DNA of 48,150 bases from Octopus bimaculoides (lineage: Eukaryota). A program made the position numbers and the translations under genes. The stretch is from the NCBI RefSeq assembly GCF_001194135.2, contig NC_068985.1, forward strand, positions 73,700,230 through 73,748,379. The letters run 5' to 3'. The notes beneath the pieces are model-generated. The model was not told the DNA's origin. It did not search any database and was given only the letters and a program-made list of their open reading frames with translations. This document shows positions 23,290-36,583 of this stretch, piece by piece. Every line of letters begins with the position of its first letter. Position 1 is the stretch's first letter.

Positions 23290-24140
23290 TTGTATCTACT
23301 AATGTATTGCTTCCCATCACTAAATGGTGCATGCAATGTATTGGGTTTCACTACGATATTAAATAAATTAAATCCTCTGGTTCTACAAATTCGGATAACT
23401 GTTATTTCGTCTATAATTAGTTTGTGACATTCAATATTTCCTGCAATATTTCTCAATGATTAATATCTGTCCATTATTTTCAGAAAGAGTTCGAATGTCA
23501 TTTCGAACTGATTTAGGTGTATTTACAAAATTTGACTACAACGAGAAATATTCTCCGTGACTAAACACAGTGAATGGCTTCTTAACATGTCCGAAAGTGC
23601 TACTGGCGCGTTCGAACTGGTAATAACATTGCATTTATACATATCACTGCTTAGCGCTCCTGCATAGTAATTTATTTACGATAAGCCATCAATTTGCGCT
23701 ATTAACCGACGTATGTTGACTGCAATAACATAAGAGAGATTGTCTCTCTTATCAGCTCGCAGAGCCACCATCCGGTTTCCGTGACTGGAGAGGAGATAAT
23801 CTCTCCGAAATGCTTGCATGTTACAGTCTGGATAGGTTCGAGAAATTTTCTCCATGACAAAACACAGTGAATCTCTTATTTACAAGTATGAACATGATAA
23901 TGGCATATTCGAACTTATGATAACGCTATATTCATACTTATCACTGCTTACCGCTCCCAACCCGTAATTTAAATTTGTTGTAATAAAAATCAAAAACTAT
24001 TATTACAAGAGGCGAATATATATTCAAATTCAGCAATCGTGACGTTTTTCTGTTACTGAACGTTGTGGGACCATATCATCCTCCATTAGGAGACCTAATC
24101 TAAAAACCTCCAACTACGAGAAATGACCTAAATGTATCCA
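23290..24140 (-). mobile_element. RTE-like LINE RT remnant with internal ~297-bp-period duplication
   Basis: Minus strand: LLMEDDMV (cf. LxYADDxV), LGAVSSD / YAGALSSD (cf. YLGSxxSxD), ASSTFG, RL*HASI, LRNIAG. Diverged direct repeat 23542-23674 vs 23839-23971. Confidence 0.6.
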
Positions 24141-24270
24141 GATGACATTAAGCTTCACAACTCTTTATGTTTACCCGAAGATCTAGTCCTTAAGGTCTCT
24201 CAGACGGTCTGTCCTGGCCATTATGATATTAATAGGAGGTTTGCTAAGTTGTACATGATTAGGATTAGAA

Positions 24271-24430
24271 TCTTTTACTTGTTTCAGTCATTAGACTAAA
24301 CCGACCTCAGTACTTTTATTATTACGCCTGCTACTTATTCTGTTGGTCGCTTTTGCCGAACAGCTAGATTACAGGTACACAAACGCAGCAACTCCAGTTG
24401 TCAAATGGTGGTAAGGGACGAACGCAAAGA
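24271..24430 (-). mobile_element. SINE family A, degenerate 3' half
   Basis: tcttttacttgtttcagtcattagact..tacttattctgttggtcgcttttgccgaacagctag. Confidence 0.75.
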
Positions 24431-24617
24431 CATACACACACACACGCTCATACATACATACATACTTACACACATACATACATACATACATACATACATA
24501 CATACATACATGCATATACATACATACATGCGTACATACATACATACATACCTTGGATCTAGGTTACCAACCGCTTCTTTCTCTATTGGCTAGAAACCGT
24601 GAAAAAACTGAATAATG

Positions 24618-24659
<42 letters not shown>

Positions 24660-24969
24660 TACAGTGAGAATAATTTCATATATGGGTATACATCTTGTAG
24701 TATGTTGTTAAAAGCCTGTTCATAATTTGTGGCTACCTGGTGTCAGCAACATTATGGAATTGCATTGTGCCTATAGAGTCTATATAAAAAACAAAAGACA
24801 GAAAATGGAATTAACTATTCACTTTATTCAAAAGCTACCTAATCGTTTCCCCCTATAATGCACTGGTACCTTACAGGTTAAATGCTGTGCAATCAATTGT
24901 CATGCATCATAACTGTAGATGTATATATATATATGTATATATATATATATGTATATATATATACATATA

Positions 24970-25015
24970 TGGTGCTCCAGCACGGCCGCAGTCAAATGAC
25001 TGAAACAAGTAAAAC
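24970..25015 (+). mobile_element. SINE family A, terminal fragment
   Basis: ggtgctccagcacggccgcagtcaaatgactgaaacaagtaaaa; nearly identical to 14478-14520. Confidence 0.85.
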
Positions 25016-25289
25016 GGTAATATATATNNNNNNNNNNNNNNNNNNNNNNNNNNNNNNNNNNNNNNNNNNNNNNNNNNNNNNNNNNNNNNNNNNNNNNNNN
25101 NNNNNNNNNNNNNNNNNNNNNNNNNNNNNNNNNNNNNNNNNNNNNNNNNNNNNNNNNNNNNNNNNNNNNNNNNNNNNNNNNNNNNNNNNNNNNNNNNNNN
25201 NNNNNNNNNNNNNNNNNNNNNNNNNNNNNNNNNNNNNNNNNNNNNNNNNNNNNNNNNNNNNNNNNNNNNNNNNNNNNNNNNNNNNNNNN

Positions 25290-25355
<66 letters not shown>

Positions 25356-25649
25356 GCATTGATTCTTAATATCATTTAGTCTCTTAGCAGATACGATCCA
25401 TCCATGTATCAACCACTTTTTGTATTTTTAATTTACCTTAGATAACAAGTGTTCAATTTCAACTCTTAAACAATTAGCTGCTACACACTGCACTACTAAG
25501 TTTTTTTGCTAAGTGCTAAAGAGCCGCACATTACATTGTTCCATTTAAATATGTAATATTCAATGTAAATGTTGCAGATATGAAACAGGTCACTAAATTA
25601 TTTTTCTTCTTTTTTGGTATGTATAACTATAAATATGTGTATTTGTTGT

Positions 25650-26620
25650 CTTACTTATGACAAATATCGAAATATGGGAGATTGAGGAAGGTAGGTGTAT
25701 TGAGTTATGCTTACTAACAATTTTGGAATTTAAAATGCATTCATTCTTGACAGAAATATCTTTGCTCGAGGCAAACTTTGTTAATAGAATACCTCAGCTA
25801 ACTTCAACATATGTCAGTATGTCTCCTCTGTTTGGCCACACTGATATTCGTGACAATGAAATATTTTGGAAAGAAATCAGGATACATATCTTCCACTACA
25901 TAATGCAAAGGACAAAGGCTATATGGTTTGCTGTAGCTCAAGCACCAAATTCAACATAGTTTTATTGCAGGTGTTACTCAAACAAGCACGTTGACCACCG
26001 GAATGCATCTCTAAGTATTATTATGAGGTGAATGTTTGAGAGTACTGAAAGTTGTTTTGTTGGAGCACATTGAATTTGGAACCTGTGACATGACGTACAT
26101 ACTTCTTGATGGATGTTCTTCAAACTCTTACTCATTATGTAAAAGTAGATTTTGAGTTGAAAGACAATCAGTTTATACTGGACATTACCATGACAAGATA
26201 TATTCTTTTGTTACATAGAATATACCGTTCGAATTTACTCTCAAGAAAAACTTTAGAATGAAATTCCCTTACAATGCACATGTAATATCACGAACAAATA
26301 TTATATTGCAAATCTACATTATATTGCGCATAATATGGCATATAATATAAGGTTTATTAAAAACTAGGTATAAAACTTTAAAATTTTCATACATCTGCGA
26401 ATTTGTGAACAATAAGATTGTAAGCTGCAGCGTCTTGGAGGGTTCATATCCATACATTCTTTGAAGTTGGACAGATGTATGGACAAATAGCAACTATTTT
26501 AGTTGGCTGATAGTAGAAAATGCCTCTATGGCACAGGTAGAGTAAAGGAAAGGGATTCGTATAAAGGTTAAAACCGATTGTTTAGATATGTCAAAGAGTT
26601 CTTGACACATGTTATTTGTT
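25650..26620 (+). mobile_element. probable piggyBac transposase remnant
   Basis: In order: DNEIFW..HYIM (cf. DExMxxF..QYI), KDKGYMVCCSSST (cf. KxGxKxW..SxTGY), QSVYTGHY (cf. HxVYxDNYY), FTLKKNFRMKFP (cf. GTLRxNRKxxP), WTD. Many disruptions. Confidence 0.45.
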
Positions 26621-27335
26621 TCATTTTGTAAACTTGATCTCATTTTGTAAACTGAGAGTATATTTTGCAAACGTATGTTTAAACTGATTCCTCAATCACT
26701 ATACACATAACACAGTTGAGGTCTTCTGTGGAGGATCGTGTAGGTTTTATTCGTAGCATCTAGCATTTCTCGTACTTGTCGAGCAGAGATGCGTGTTCGA
26801 GAAGAGTTTCGAAAATACTGACGTCAAATAAATATATTATCCGACACCCATGTGCTGAAATTATATGTAAAATGGGTGATAATTGAATTCCAATAAAATG
26901 CAGAATTTTTCTTCTCTTCTCATGGTTTTTGTGGTGAAAATTATTGAAATTATTTATAATGGTATGAACGATTTCTATATTCCATGGTTTTGGTTGGGGA
27001 CGATCTTTTTATTCATTAGCATATATAATCACGTTCGACATTTAACATATATCACGTAAATGCATTTTTATTGATTACTAAATATCCGCACATATAGTAA
27101 AAGAAGCGAACGCATAACGATAAAGTTGACTGTATGAAGAATGCGAATCCTTATTAAATTATGGTTGTCATTTATGGAAATAAATAAACAGATAAAAACT
27201 AAATGCAACACCGTAAATTACTATGCAGACAATAATAGAAAACAAAACGCACTAAAGAAGTGTTTTGTCGGAGAAATAATAATGTACACGAGTACATCTT
27301 CGAATCGTATAAAAGTGCAAGAGAAAACGGACTGC

Positions 27336-27404
<69 letters not shown>

Positions 27405-27604
27405 NNNNNNNNNNNNNNNNNNNNNNNNNNNNNNNNNNNNNNNNNNNNNNNNNNNNNNNNNNNNNNNNNNNNNNNNNNNNNNNNNNNNNNNNNNNNNNNN
27501 NNNNNNNNNNNNNNNNNNNNNNNNNNNNNNNNNNNNNNNNNNNNNNNNNNNNNNNNNNNNNNNNNNNNNNNNNTATATATATATAAACGTATGTAATGTA
27601 TTTG

Positions 27605-28317
27605 TGTGTTTTCACTGCATAGATTGTTTCTTTGTCTCTGGCTCAAAGTGACAATGCCAACACTCATCCTGAGTTAGAAAGCGTCCAATGAAACCTACTG
27701 GTTCTGCCTCAAACAATGTCAGATTTTTCTTTGATTTCATGAACTTTGTGTGCTTTTGATCATGTGTCAAAGATGTGGCATCCATCGAACAGAGACCTTC
27801 GTCATGCCAAGGTCATTGGGATGAATATTCGTCTCTCTAGGGATATGGTAATAGTATTGGCTATTTCATTTATAGTCAATAGCGTACCACCCATCACCAT
27901 GTGGTGAACCCAATCAATGTATTCCTCGATAGTGACAGTTGCAGACCGTCCAGAGCGTGGGCCATCTACAAGTCTACCCCTTCCTTTCCTGAAATCACCA
28001 GCCCAATTTTGAACTCTTGAGAAATCTGCAGCGCCATCCAATAATGTAGCAACCATGTCAGCATGAATGCTATTCAGGATTAAACCTTTTTTTCTGCAGG
28101 TACTTGATAATAGCACGATGCCAAATAATGTCCATTTTAAAAAAGAAGCCAATACTAGTTACTTCTGAAGTGTTCTGTAAAGTGTCGTATGTCAGTTTAC
28201 GTGAAAAAAACAATGCAATTACTAATAAGACGTGTTGAATATAATGCAATCAAGATTTCACTGTTGTAGCATTATTGCTCGGTAGGCAGTGTATGAGCTC
28301 TCCAACCTTCCCTCGTA
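27605..28317 (-). mobile_element. mariner transposon 5' half (TIR, HTH, start of catalytic domain), truncated
   Basis: IHADMVATL..SRVQNWAGDFRKGR..DGPRSGRSATVTIEEYIDWVHHMVM..LTINEIA, then LGMTKVSVRWMP..QKHT..NLTLFEAEP..RFLTQDECW..FEPETKKQSMQ*KH. TA-CGAGGG terminus at 28311-28317. Confidence 0.93.
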
Positions 28318-28324
28318 TCACATA

Positions 28325-28377
<53 letters not shown>
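28325..28377. repeat. (TATC)n microsatellite
   Basis: Seen directly. Confidence 0.97.
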
Positions 28378-28861
28378 CAAGTAGGTGTATATATGTACAG
28401 AGGCAGACACACATACACACATAAACACACACGCACGTATGCACACACACACACATACACAAACACATGCGTGCACGCGCACATGCACATCTTTATCGGT
28501 GTTGAAAATATCGTATATTAAGATTTAGATTCAAATTTTACCTGATCAAATTTACCAGATTTCCACAAATATTAACCATGCTTTATCATTTAGTAGAAAG
28601 TAGAGATGGCCATAACGCGCGAATGAGTATCATTTCGTAATGTAACAGGAAACGTGAACTTCCCAAAATATTTCGATGCCTAATTTACTGGTAATAACCA
28701 ATGGCTTAATCTCCGCTTCAATTACATTTTCGACCCAGCGAAATATCAGTTTGTAACTGATGGAGTGTGAAAAAGTGTTTTTAAATATTTTTTATCAAGC
28801 ACTAAATAAAATAGAGTAGACCGAGAAGCTTGAAATTTTAATTGCATTCTCAAGACGAGAA

Positions 28862-28938
28862 CGGACTATCCAATCCCGGAATTGAACTCACGAACTTTTG
28901 GTCATAAGCACACTACTTATGAATAGGTTGTGCGCCTT
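28862..28938 (-). mobile_element. degenerate SINE tRNA-like head
   Basis: Minus strand aggcgcac..gtgagttcaattccggg (B-box-like). Confidence 0.45.
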
Positions 28939-30484
28939 CAAATTATGTAGAGTACTACTTCTACAATATTTGATTGTGTAGAATTATCGAATTAGTATTA
29001 AATAAAAGTATATAAAAGAAAACTATATTGTATATTTGGCAAAAACTGGTCAATAGAATTGCTTATGAAGCGCACGATACCTGAAAGACATTAATGACAT
29101 GCTTATGTATTTTTAGAGATGTATTATAGAGAAACTTTTTTTTAAATATCGAATGAATAACTGTTTGTTGTCTATCATTTTGTAAGTTATGTTGTTTACA
29201 TTTCGATTTAACATTGCCACTGAAGTAACTGACAATATATTGCTAAGTGTAATTGGCACTGTTGTGTATTTTTTACGGAAACAAATTTCAGTAAAGTATG
29301 AAATGTTTTTAAAAAATCTGTTATTGCTATGTGAAAATAAAATGTACTTAAGACTAAAATTTAATGACTTGTGTCTGTTAATATAACTTCAAAGTTGCAA
29401 ATCTTTTTAAGATTCACGGAGAAATGCTGTTCGAAAAAGAGAGATTAAACTATTAAATATGGCAGTTCGTTTAGCATCAAGCAACACAAAAGCCTATTTC
29501 AAGGACCTTGTGTTTGGAAGACTACAAGAAACTATTCGTTCATCCGTAAGTTGCCGGGCCTTGGTTTTCAAAATGGCCATATGAAAACAATAATGTAAAT
29601 ACCACCGTATAATGAAATCTCTTTATCCTGGTGAATAAACCATGTATTTTTGTGTAATTCTGAATGTTTTCAAAGTTACATCAGCAGTTTTGTTCGCGAA
29701 AGAAGTTACATAAGTATGATATTATAATTTTGCTTTTCACTCCGTTAGTTAGTGCGTACGTTATGCTCTGATGAGTTGTAATCACGAAAAATTACTACTA
29801 TATATTGAGGCAGTGAAATAGTAGGATTTTTAGCAAGCCAGACAAAATGCGTAGAGATATTTCAGGAATATTACTGGATACAGAAGAGCCGCCCGGCATC
29901 AGTTAAAAGTTATTCATTATTTTCTTCAAGACATTCGACCAAATGACTTTAGAGTATAAATCAATTGATGTAAGGTTTACAAAGATGTAATTGTCGATAT
30001 GTAGCAGCCATAAAATTTCTCGGATTTTATACTGAAGTTATTTGCAAATCGTCAGGTATTTTCTGTTTTTTTTTCATTTGTTGCCATGAACGGCTGGTTG
30101 AAACCACCATTACCTAATTATTTATTCCGCATCAGTATCATTAGCTACACATTTTCAAGCGAAGAAAACATAAATTGAACAAGATACATACATCTTATTA
30201 GCGTTCTTGAAAAAGATACAATTCTATCTATAATTCAACTTTTAGTTTGCTAAATCAATCTCCACTCATATAATTCACGTGAAAACAATTGTCATAATAA
30301 AGAACAGTCACATCGTCAATACGAACTATATCACTCAACATAAAATCATACAGAAAAAAATGCAAAGTTTTGAATATGTATTGGAAGAATTGCAGCAGAA
30401 GGAAATAGTTCTATATGTGGCATACAAGATTAAGCATTTGACCTGTTGTAAATAATGAAGCAGAAGCTGGGGCTGGCCCTGTTA

Positions 30485-30640
30485 CACCACCACCATTACC
30501 ATAATATCACCACTATCAACTTCAACAAGCACAAAAAGTAAAGACGATAGCAACAAGTACTACTACTATTGTCAGTGAATGATGATGATGTTGATGATGA
30601 TGGTGCTGCGGATGAGGATGAGGATGATAATATTAATATA
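30485..30640. repeat. degenerate trinucleotide repeats (ACC/ACT/GAT)
   Basis: Seen directly. Confidence 0.8.
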
Positions 30641-30699
30641 GAAAAATGATGTGTATATTAAACAAAACTTTCAGTAAATGCTGTAGAAGAAACGATAGT

Positions 30700-32300
30700 T
30701 AATATTGAATAGAAAACTAAAGTACAGAGAACTTTCAGAAAATAATAGGCATCCATAAAGAGACAAGTTATAACTACACGCAAAAAGGAAGCCGGTTTTC
30801 AAATCAAAGAAGATTGTATCAGATAATGCTACTACACATACAAAACAAACCGATAATTAAATCGTAAATAATATGACACAACAGAAAGTATAGCAATGTG
30901 AGAAACATATCGAAGGAGAAAGAAAAATACTAAGATTATAATGACATTAATAAGACCGTTGATAATGTACGGAATCAAACAAGCAAACATTCTAATATCC
31001 AGACACTACTCAATTTAACTGTCAACTTCAAACAGCAAATAACAGAATAAATCTCATTAGCATATCAGAACGTAGAAAACACTGAGGTAATTTTAATAAA
31101 AAATATTAAGCATAATGCATGATTTATCGCTGTATACCATTTTCCCAACTATAAATTAACATACGCCGTTACGAAAGGATCGCTAATTACGATGATGAAT
31201 GCTGTTAAGAAATGCTTTTTTCTCAGTAAATTATCCTAACACAAAATAGCATTACATAATCCAGCAAACTCGACATTAAGAGTTATATCTAGTAAAGGTA
31301 GATTGTATTCTAACATTAGAAAATTACGCCTACAATAAACATAACCATAAAACTGTAAATAATATGTGCAACGCAACATCGGCAAAACATTGGCAAAATC
31401 ATCAGCAAAATTCGAAAGTATAGGACTGGAGATAAGAGAGCTAAAGTAACTAATACCAGGAATATACAAGAAAAGTGGAACGGGTATGTACTCTGGAAAT
31501 AAACGAGAAAATATAACAATCTAAAAGGATAGATAAGTTTTAAAAATTACTCGGCATTTCTGCGAGAAACATATATAAACAAATAAACGCTCAGCGTTTG
31601 TAAACAGTTATCAAGAAAAACAAAGGATAATGAACAAGTAATGAAAATAATGGGACCATTAAATGAACTGGCTTGTTCCCAACATATTTTTAGATAACAT
31701 ACACTCTTCCTAGGTTTTAACTTCGCCTATGCAAACAAAGCAGCTAAATTCTACATTTCTAACTATATACAAGAACGAATACCCAGGAGATCGAATTTCT
31801 ATATAGCACAAGCTGTGATGTAATTAATTTTGCATAATATGAACCCCTCATAGGCAATACAATATGTAGTAAAGCTTGACTCAGGGTCAATGTAGAACAC
31901 AGGTTGTGCAAGATAAGATCGGCAATGAACAACAACATGTTCATCAAGTGAATTGCAAAAGACGCTAAGCAATAATATTAAGCAACGCTGCTATACGGAT
32001 CGAAAACAAGAAGGTAAAAATAACTTGCATTGGGACTCCTGATATAGACCTTCACGAAAGGTAAAGTTAGAAATATCAAAGATAGAGAGGAGACCAAACT
32101 CATTGTTATAGAAGAGATAGAGTTACAGCGAAATCTCCCTCTTACTTGAGTAAACCTATACAATGGAGATAAGTCAACAAATTCTTTACTCACAGCTAGC
32201 TGATTGTATGAATAATCTGAATGAAGTTGCTAAGAACAATTTCATAGGATTCAACATTGTTACCTTTAGTTATCCAAAATTTGCTTAAGGCAGACACCTC
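30700..32300 (+). mobile_element. R4/Dong-like LINE RT remnant
   Basis: In order: TQKGSR (cf. EQKGC), DINKTVDNV (cf. DYxKAxDSV), T*KTL, HDLSLYTIF, NYDD, KLLGI (cf. KYLGI), INELA, FYIA, TLLYG, TKGKV..EETKLIVIEE..QRN. Confidence 0.68.
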
Positions 32301-33879
32301 TGGATGAGAGGCATGTAATATTGATATTACACGTGTCTATACATAAAGAGAGTAATATTTCATATCAATGGACAGACAAAACGGGTAACTATGTATGGAA
32401 CATGGTCATAAAAGACGTCCACTTTTATAGACGAAAATTTAACTATGAACAGAAGAGATTAGTAGCTAGCGCTCTTCTTAGTTAAAACTATGATATACTT
32501 CTTACTGCGAACATTATTATGGCCATTTCTACAGAAATATTCTACTTTGAAGAGGAGTTAGTAGTCAGAGACGACGAAGTGCATTGTTTCTTTGTATCGT
32601 GTTCATGTTATGAGTCCCCAATTACATAATTTGAGTGACTCGGAGTTTAATCGTCTGTGCAAAACAATTCATTTCTATTTTTATTCCACCGCAATTTATT
32701 CATTACAGAATTTCTTGTAATGTTTTTCAAGATTAGAGTAATGGTCAGATGTTTGCATTATATTCTATTTTGGCGGGGTATATTATAGATTTGTTGTTTA
32801 GTATTATTTTTATGCTTGTGTAAATAGTTATCATCAAAACAACTTCGATTTTTATTCAAGCATTTTGCTTTTTTTGGAAAGAAATGTACTCTGAAGTTTT
32901 TGTTTTAAATCTCTTGATAAATTATTTTTGATACTTCTTTATAGATACCGAGCCTGTTTGTCTACTCACTATAGCCTTTACATGAGCTTCCAGATTATAG
33001 ATACAAAATGCAGAGATTAATTATCTGGTTTCCTATATCGGCATAAACGATCATTTAACTTTCAGATTCTAGCATTGTGCTGGTATTTCATTACTGGTGC
33101 AACTTGTAATTTTAGACCGGAATTGAATGTAATTTTAATAGAATTTATGATTGAATATTCCGAAGTCAGTAAAATAACAACTATTAATATCGTGTAATGA
33201 CGACTAAGTATAATATTAATCTTTGAAGGTGTTTTATTTGCCTATGAAAGAAATCAAAGGCGTTACAAATTTATTTCTATATATCAATTCTGATCACTTT
33301 CAAATTATCCTTCTATGGGGAAATGACTTCTAACACCTGACCACTAAACCAAAATCAAACAATGTTTCAGAAACACCACATACCTTAAGATGGTGAGAGG
33401 GCAAATCCAGGGAAATGAAAGGAAAGGTCATGGAATACACAACGTCAGCTGAAGATGAATAAGATTGATGGGGTGGGGGTGGAGAATGTCTTATAATATA
33501 AATCAACTGCCTCTATATATTATGATGTATGATTAAATGATCTCTTTGAAAGCGAGAGGTACCCAGACTAAAGGGTGCAGAAACGTGGTGTTCGGACAAT
33601 GATAGGGCTGGAGTTACATGAGAAAACGTCTAGATCATTCAAGATATGGAAGAAACATATTTCATCAACATTCCACGTAACTTACAAATCTGTTGGAATA
33701 ATAGTAATTTTTCGGGCGCTGATTAAAATATCATTTACATTGAAAATATTCTGTCATTGATACTGAAATTCAAGATATAATAACAAAAACCAGTTTCGGC
33801 TATCTCCTTAGACTAGTAAGTTTTATTTATCACACTGCCATTTATTTAGTTTAACATAATTCTCAATTGGAATCAACGT

Positions 33880-35250
33880 GACAGAATGGGGCAAAGTCAA
33901 AGAGGAGTTCCGCATGTAGAGTTCATCTATTGTATAAAACAATTGGTGTCATGAAGCGGTATTGTAGCCTTAGGCAAATCGCTTCCTAATTTTATTAATG
34001 ATACCATAAACATCAAAAATCACATTCGAAAGCCATGAAATATAGAGAAGTTTCTGATTAACTTTAATGTGACTATCATTTACAAAAATATCCTGCATTA
34101 ATTTGGCATCGGAGGCAGTGAAACATCTTACCGATAAATATCAGTAACTGATTCACAAGAGAATTCATACATTTTTCGACAAACGATAGATGTGAAAGTC
34201 TTTGGGTAAAAACTAGTGTCGGATGGATTCCTTCAGGGATACTTACAAGCGATCTGGGATCATCTTACAGAGTTTCAAGATGTATTTAGAAGAAATTCGA
34301 GAGATTCTTTCATGAATGTTTTATATTCTCGAAAAGAAATAAAGAACATCTCATGAGGTTTCGAAAATTAATCAGTGCTTCTGAATATATCAAATAATTA
34401 CTAGTAATATCGTATAAACCAATTTAAATATAAGTCAATAAACAAGAACAGCAATTTCTTTACAAGTTGATGATTAAAAAGAGGTGTATTGCTCAACATG
34501 TCCTCAACTACAAATTAATGGATATACATCATACTTAAATGTTGGAGCTTGCTTTTCTTACGTTACTAAACCAAATATCACATTCAATATTATGAGCCAT
34601 GTATATGAAATAGTTATAGGTTCAACTACGCATGTGAGACGACTAGAGCTACCGCATAAAGTAGCATGCAGTGCAGAAAAAATAATGTCTTATTGAAACT
34701 CTCCCAAAGGCGGAGGAAGACATAAGCAGACATATTTCATTTCTCTTCATATGCAATTCCAGAACCCACAAAATCTTGGATTCAGTAACATAACACCTCC
34801 TAGTTCATAAGTTCCCAACAATGAAACTCGAGAAAAAATCCATTAATGATTTACAATATATTAACGGTGTAAGACAACCACCAAAATTTTCTAAGATTTA
34901 TAAGAAAGGCTGAGCTTACATCAGACGAAAAATTATTCGAATGAGGAAATGTGAGGATCTTCGTGTCTTCTTGTAACGCATTGATTTGGCTGAACCAAAT
35001 AAGATATAAAAAATATTTAGGAATGGGAATAAAATGTATATTTAATGAAAATATGTGTCTCAAAGAAAAACAATATTTCATAGCAAATGATAAAACCATG
35101 AGAACTATATCAGCCACAAATTTACAATATGCAATGTGCCGAGTGAGGATACATACAACCATATGTAAGATATATGTGTTCACAGTGATGTATCCTATCA
35201 CAGTAATTCAAAATATTTACAGTTATAAAAGGAAACTCCTTTCAAATATT
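33880..35250 (+). mobile_element. Penelope-like element (RT, Cys linker, start of GIY-YIG), probably Neptune-type, decayed
   Basis: FLINFNVTIIYKNILH*FG (cf. LVTxDVxSLYTNIPH), YKLMDIH-YLN..TKPNITFN..IV (cf. YKxTDxHxYL..HTKxNIPxNLA), RQPPKF, KCED.R..SCNALI, ATNLQYAMC. Confidence 0.78.
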
Positions 35251-35274
35251 GCGAAATAATCAACCATATTTTCT

Positions 35275-35400
35275 TTCATACGTATGCATATGTATATGTA
35301 TGTGTATGTGAGTGTGTGTGCGCGTGTGTGTGCGTGTGTGTGCGTATACGTATGTGTGTGTGTACATGTCTGTATGCATGTACGTGTGTGTGTGTGTGTA
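35275..35400. repeat. degenerate (TG/TATG/CG) microsatellite
   Basis: Seen directly. Further tracts at 35840-36135, 36540-36600, 38060-38180, 41340-41535, 43860-43990. Confidence 0.9.
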
Positions 35401-36551
35401 CCTGGCCGCGTGCGACTTTTCGAGGAGTTAAATGTAGAATTTGCCCACTCATTCTTGCAGAATTAAATATTGTTATATGGTGATTCTGTTGGCGAAAGTA
35501 GTAGTTAGTCATTGTGTTGGAATTGCTCAATGGTGACATATAAACTCGATTTCTATTGAGCGATATACACACATTCGGTATATAAAATTATATCCTTGTC
35601 ACATTTGTTTGTTGCTTATATTTTATGCCATTATCGTAAAGTTGACATCATATTCGCTTGAAACAAAAAACAAATTCTTCTATGCTTTAGAATAACTGTA
35701 CAAAAGCAAGTGGTAGTTAGAACGTTTTGACAGGTCATTTACTATTTTATACCCAAGTATTGACATCCACATGCTGTTCTTCTTATATATGCTATTTTGT
35801 TTCTCGCGCTAAATACACACTTAGTCTTAAAAATACTCAAATTTATACACACATACATAAATATATATATCCATACACACACATATATAAATACATACAT
35901 GTATGTATGTACGTATGTATGTATATATATGGATATATATATTCATATATTCATATATAATATATACGCACGCATATATACACATATGCTCATGAGGATT
36001 TATCGTAAGAGAAACTTATGACATGCATTTATATACATGTATATAAAGTATAAATACATATACATACATGTATATGTATGCATACATACACATACATACA
36101 CGCATATCATACATACAAACACACACACACACACATGATGAAATTACATTATATGGCGCGCCTTGATGTCTTTAAAGATATTTTCCTATCACGACAGTAC
36201 AAGTGAATGCATTTATATGTCATGTAAACCTTTCATTATACCATTAACTGAAGTCATCCAACTCTGCATTTTCTCTATTCCATTTTCTTCTACATTCCTC
36301 TTTAAATCACGAGAATTACAAATAACAATGCATTTATTTTGCTATTTTTATCAAAGCAAACATAGTATTATCACTTTTTCTCTATCGTGCATATGCTAAT
36401 AATTAATTGTATCACTTGCATCTCTACATAATATGTAATTTTACAAAACGTGAACACAAATACTTTATCTACCGATACAGGCACATAATCGTAGAATGTC
36501 TCCATAAAAACCACAATTATGGTTGTGCTCACATGCAAACTCAAACACACA

Positions 36552-36583
<32 letters not shown>

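Noticed and set aside
27802-28152. SETMAR-like host gene
   Set aside because: Transposase HTH region only, no SET domain; frameshifted, with a stop codon and 3' truncation.
30580-30640. Acidic DDDD/EDED coding exon
   Set aside because: GAT-type microsatellite among other triplet repeats; no splice context or flanking frame.
33788-33820. Inverted hammerhead-like motif (ctaagga..ccgaaac) upstream of the PLE
   Set aside because: Core G5 is mutated, helix II is nearly absent and helix I does not pair.
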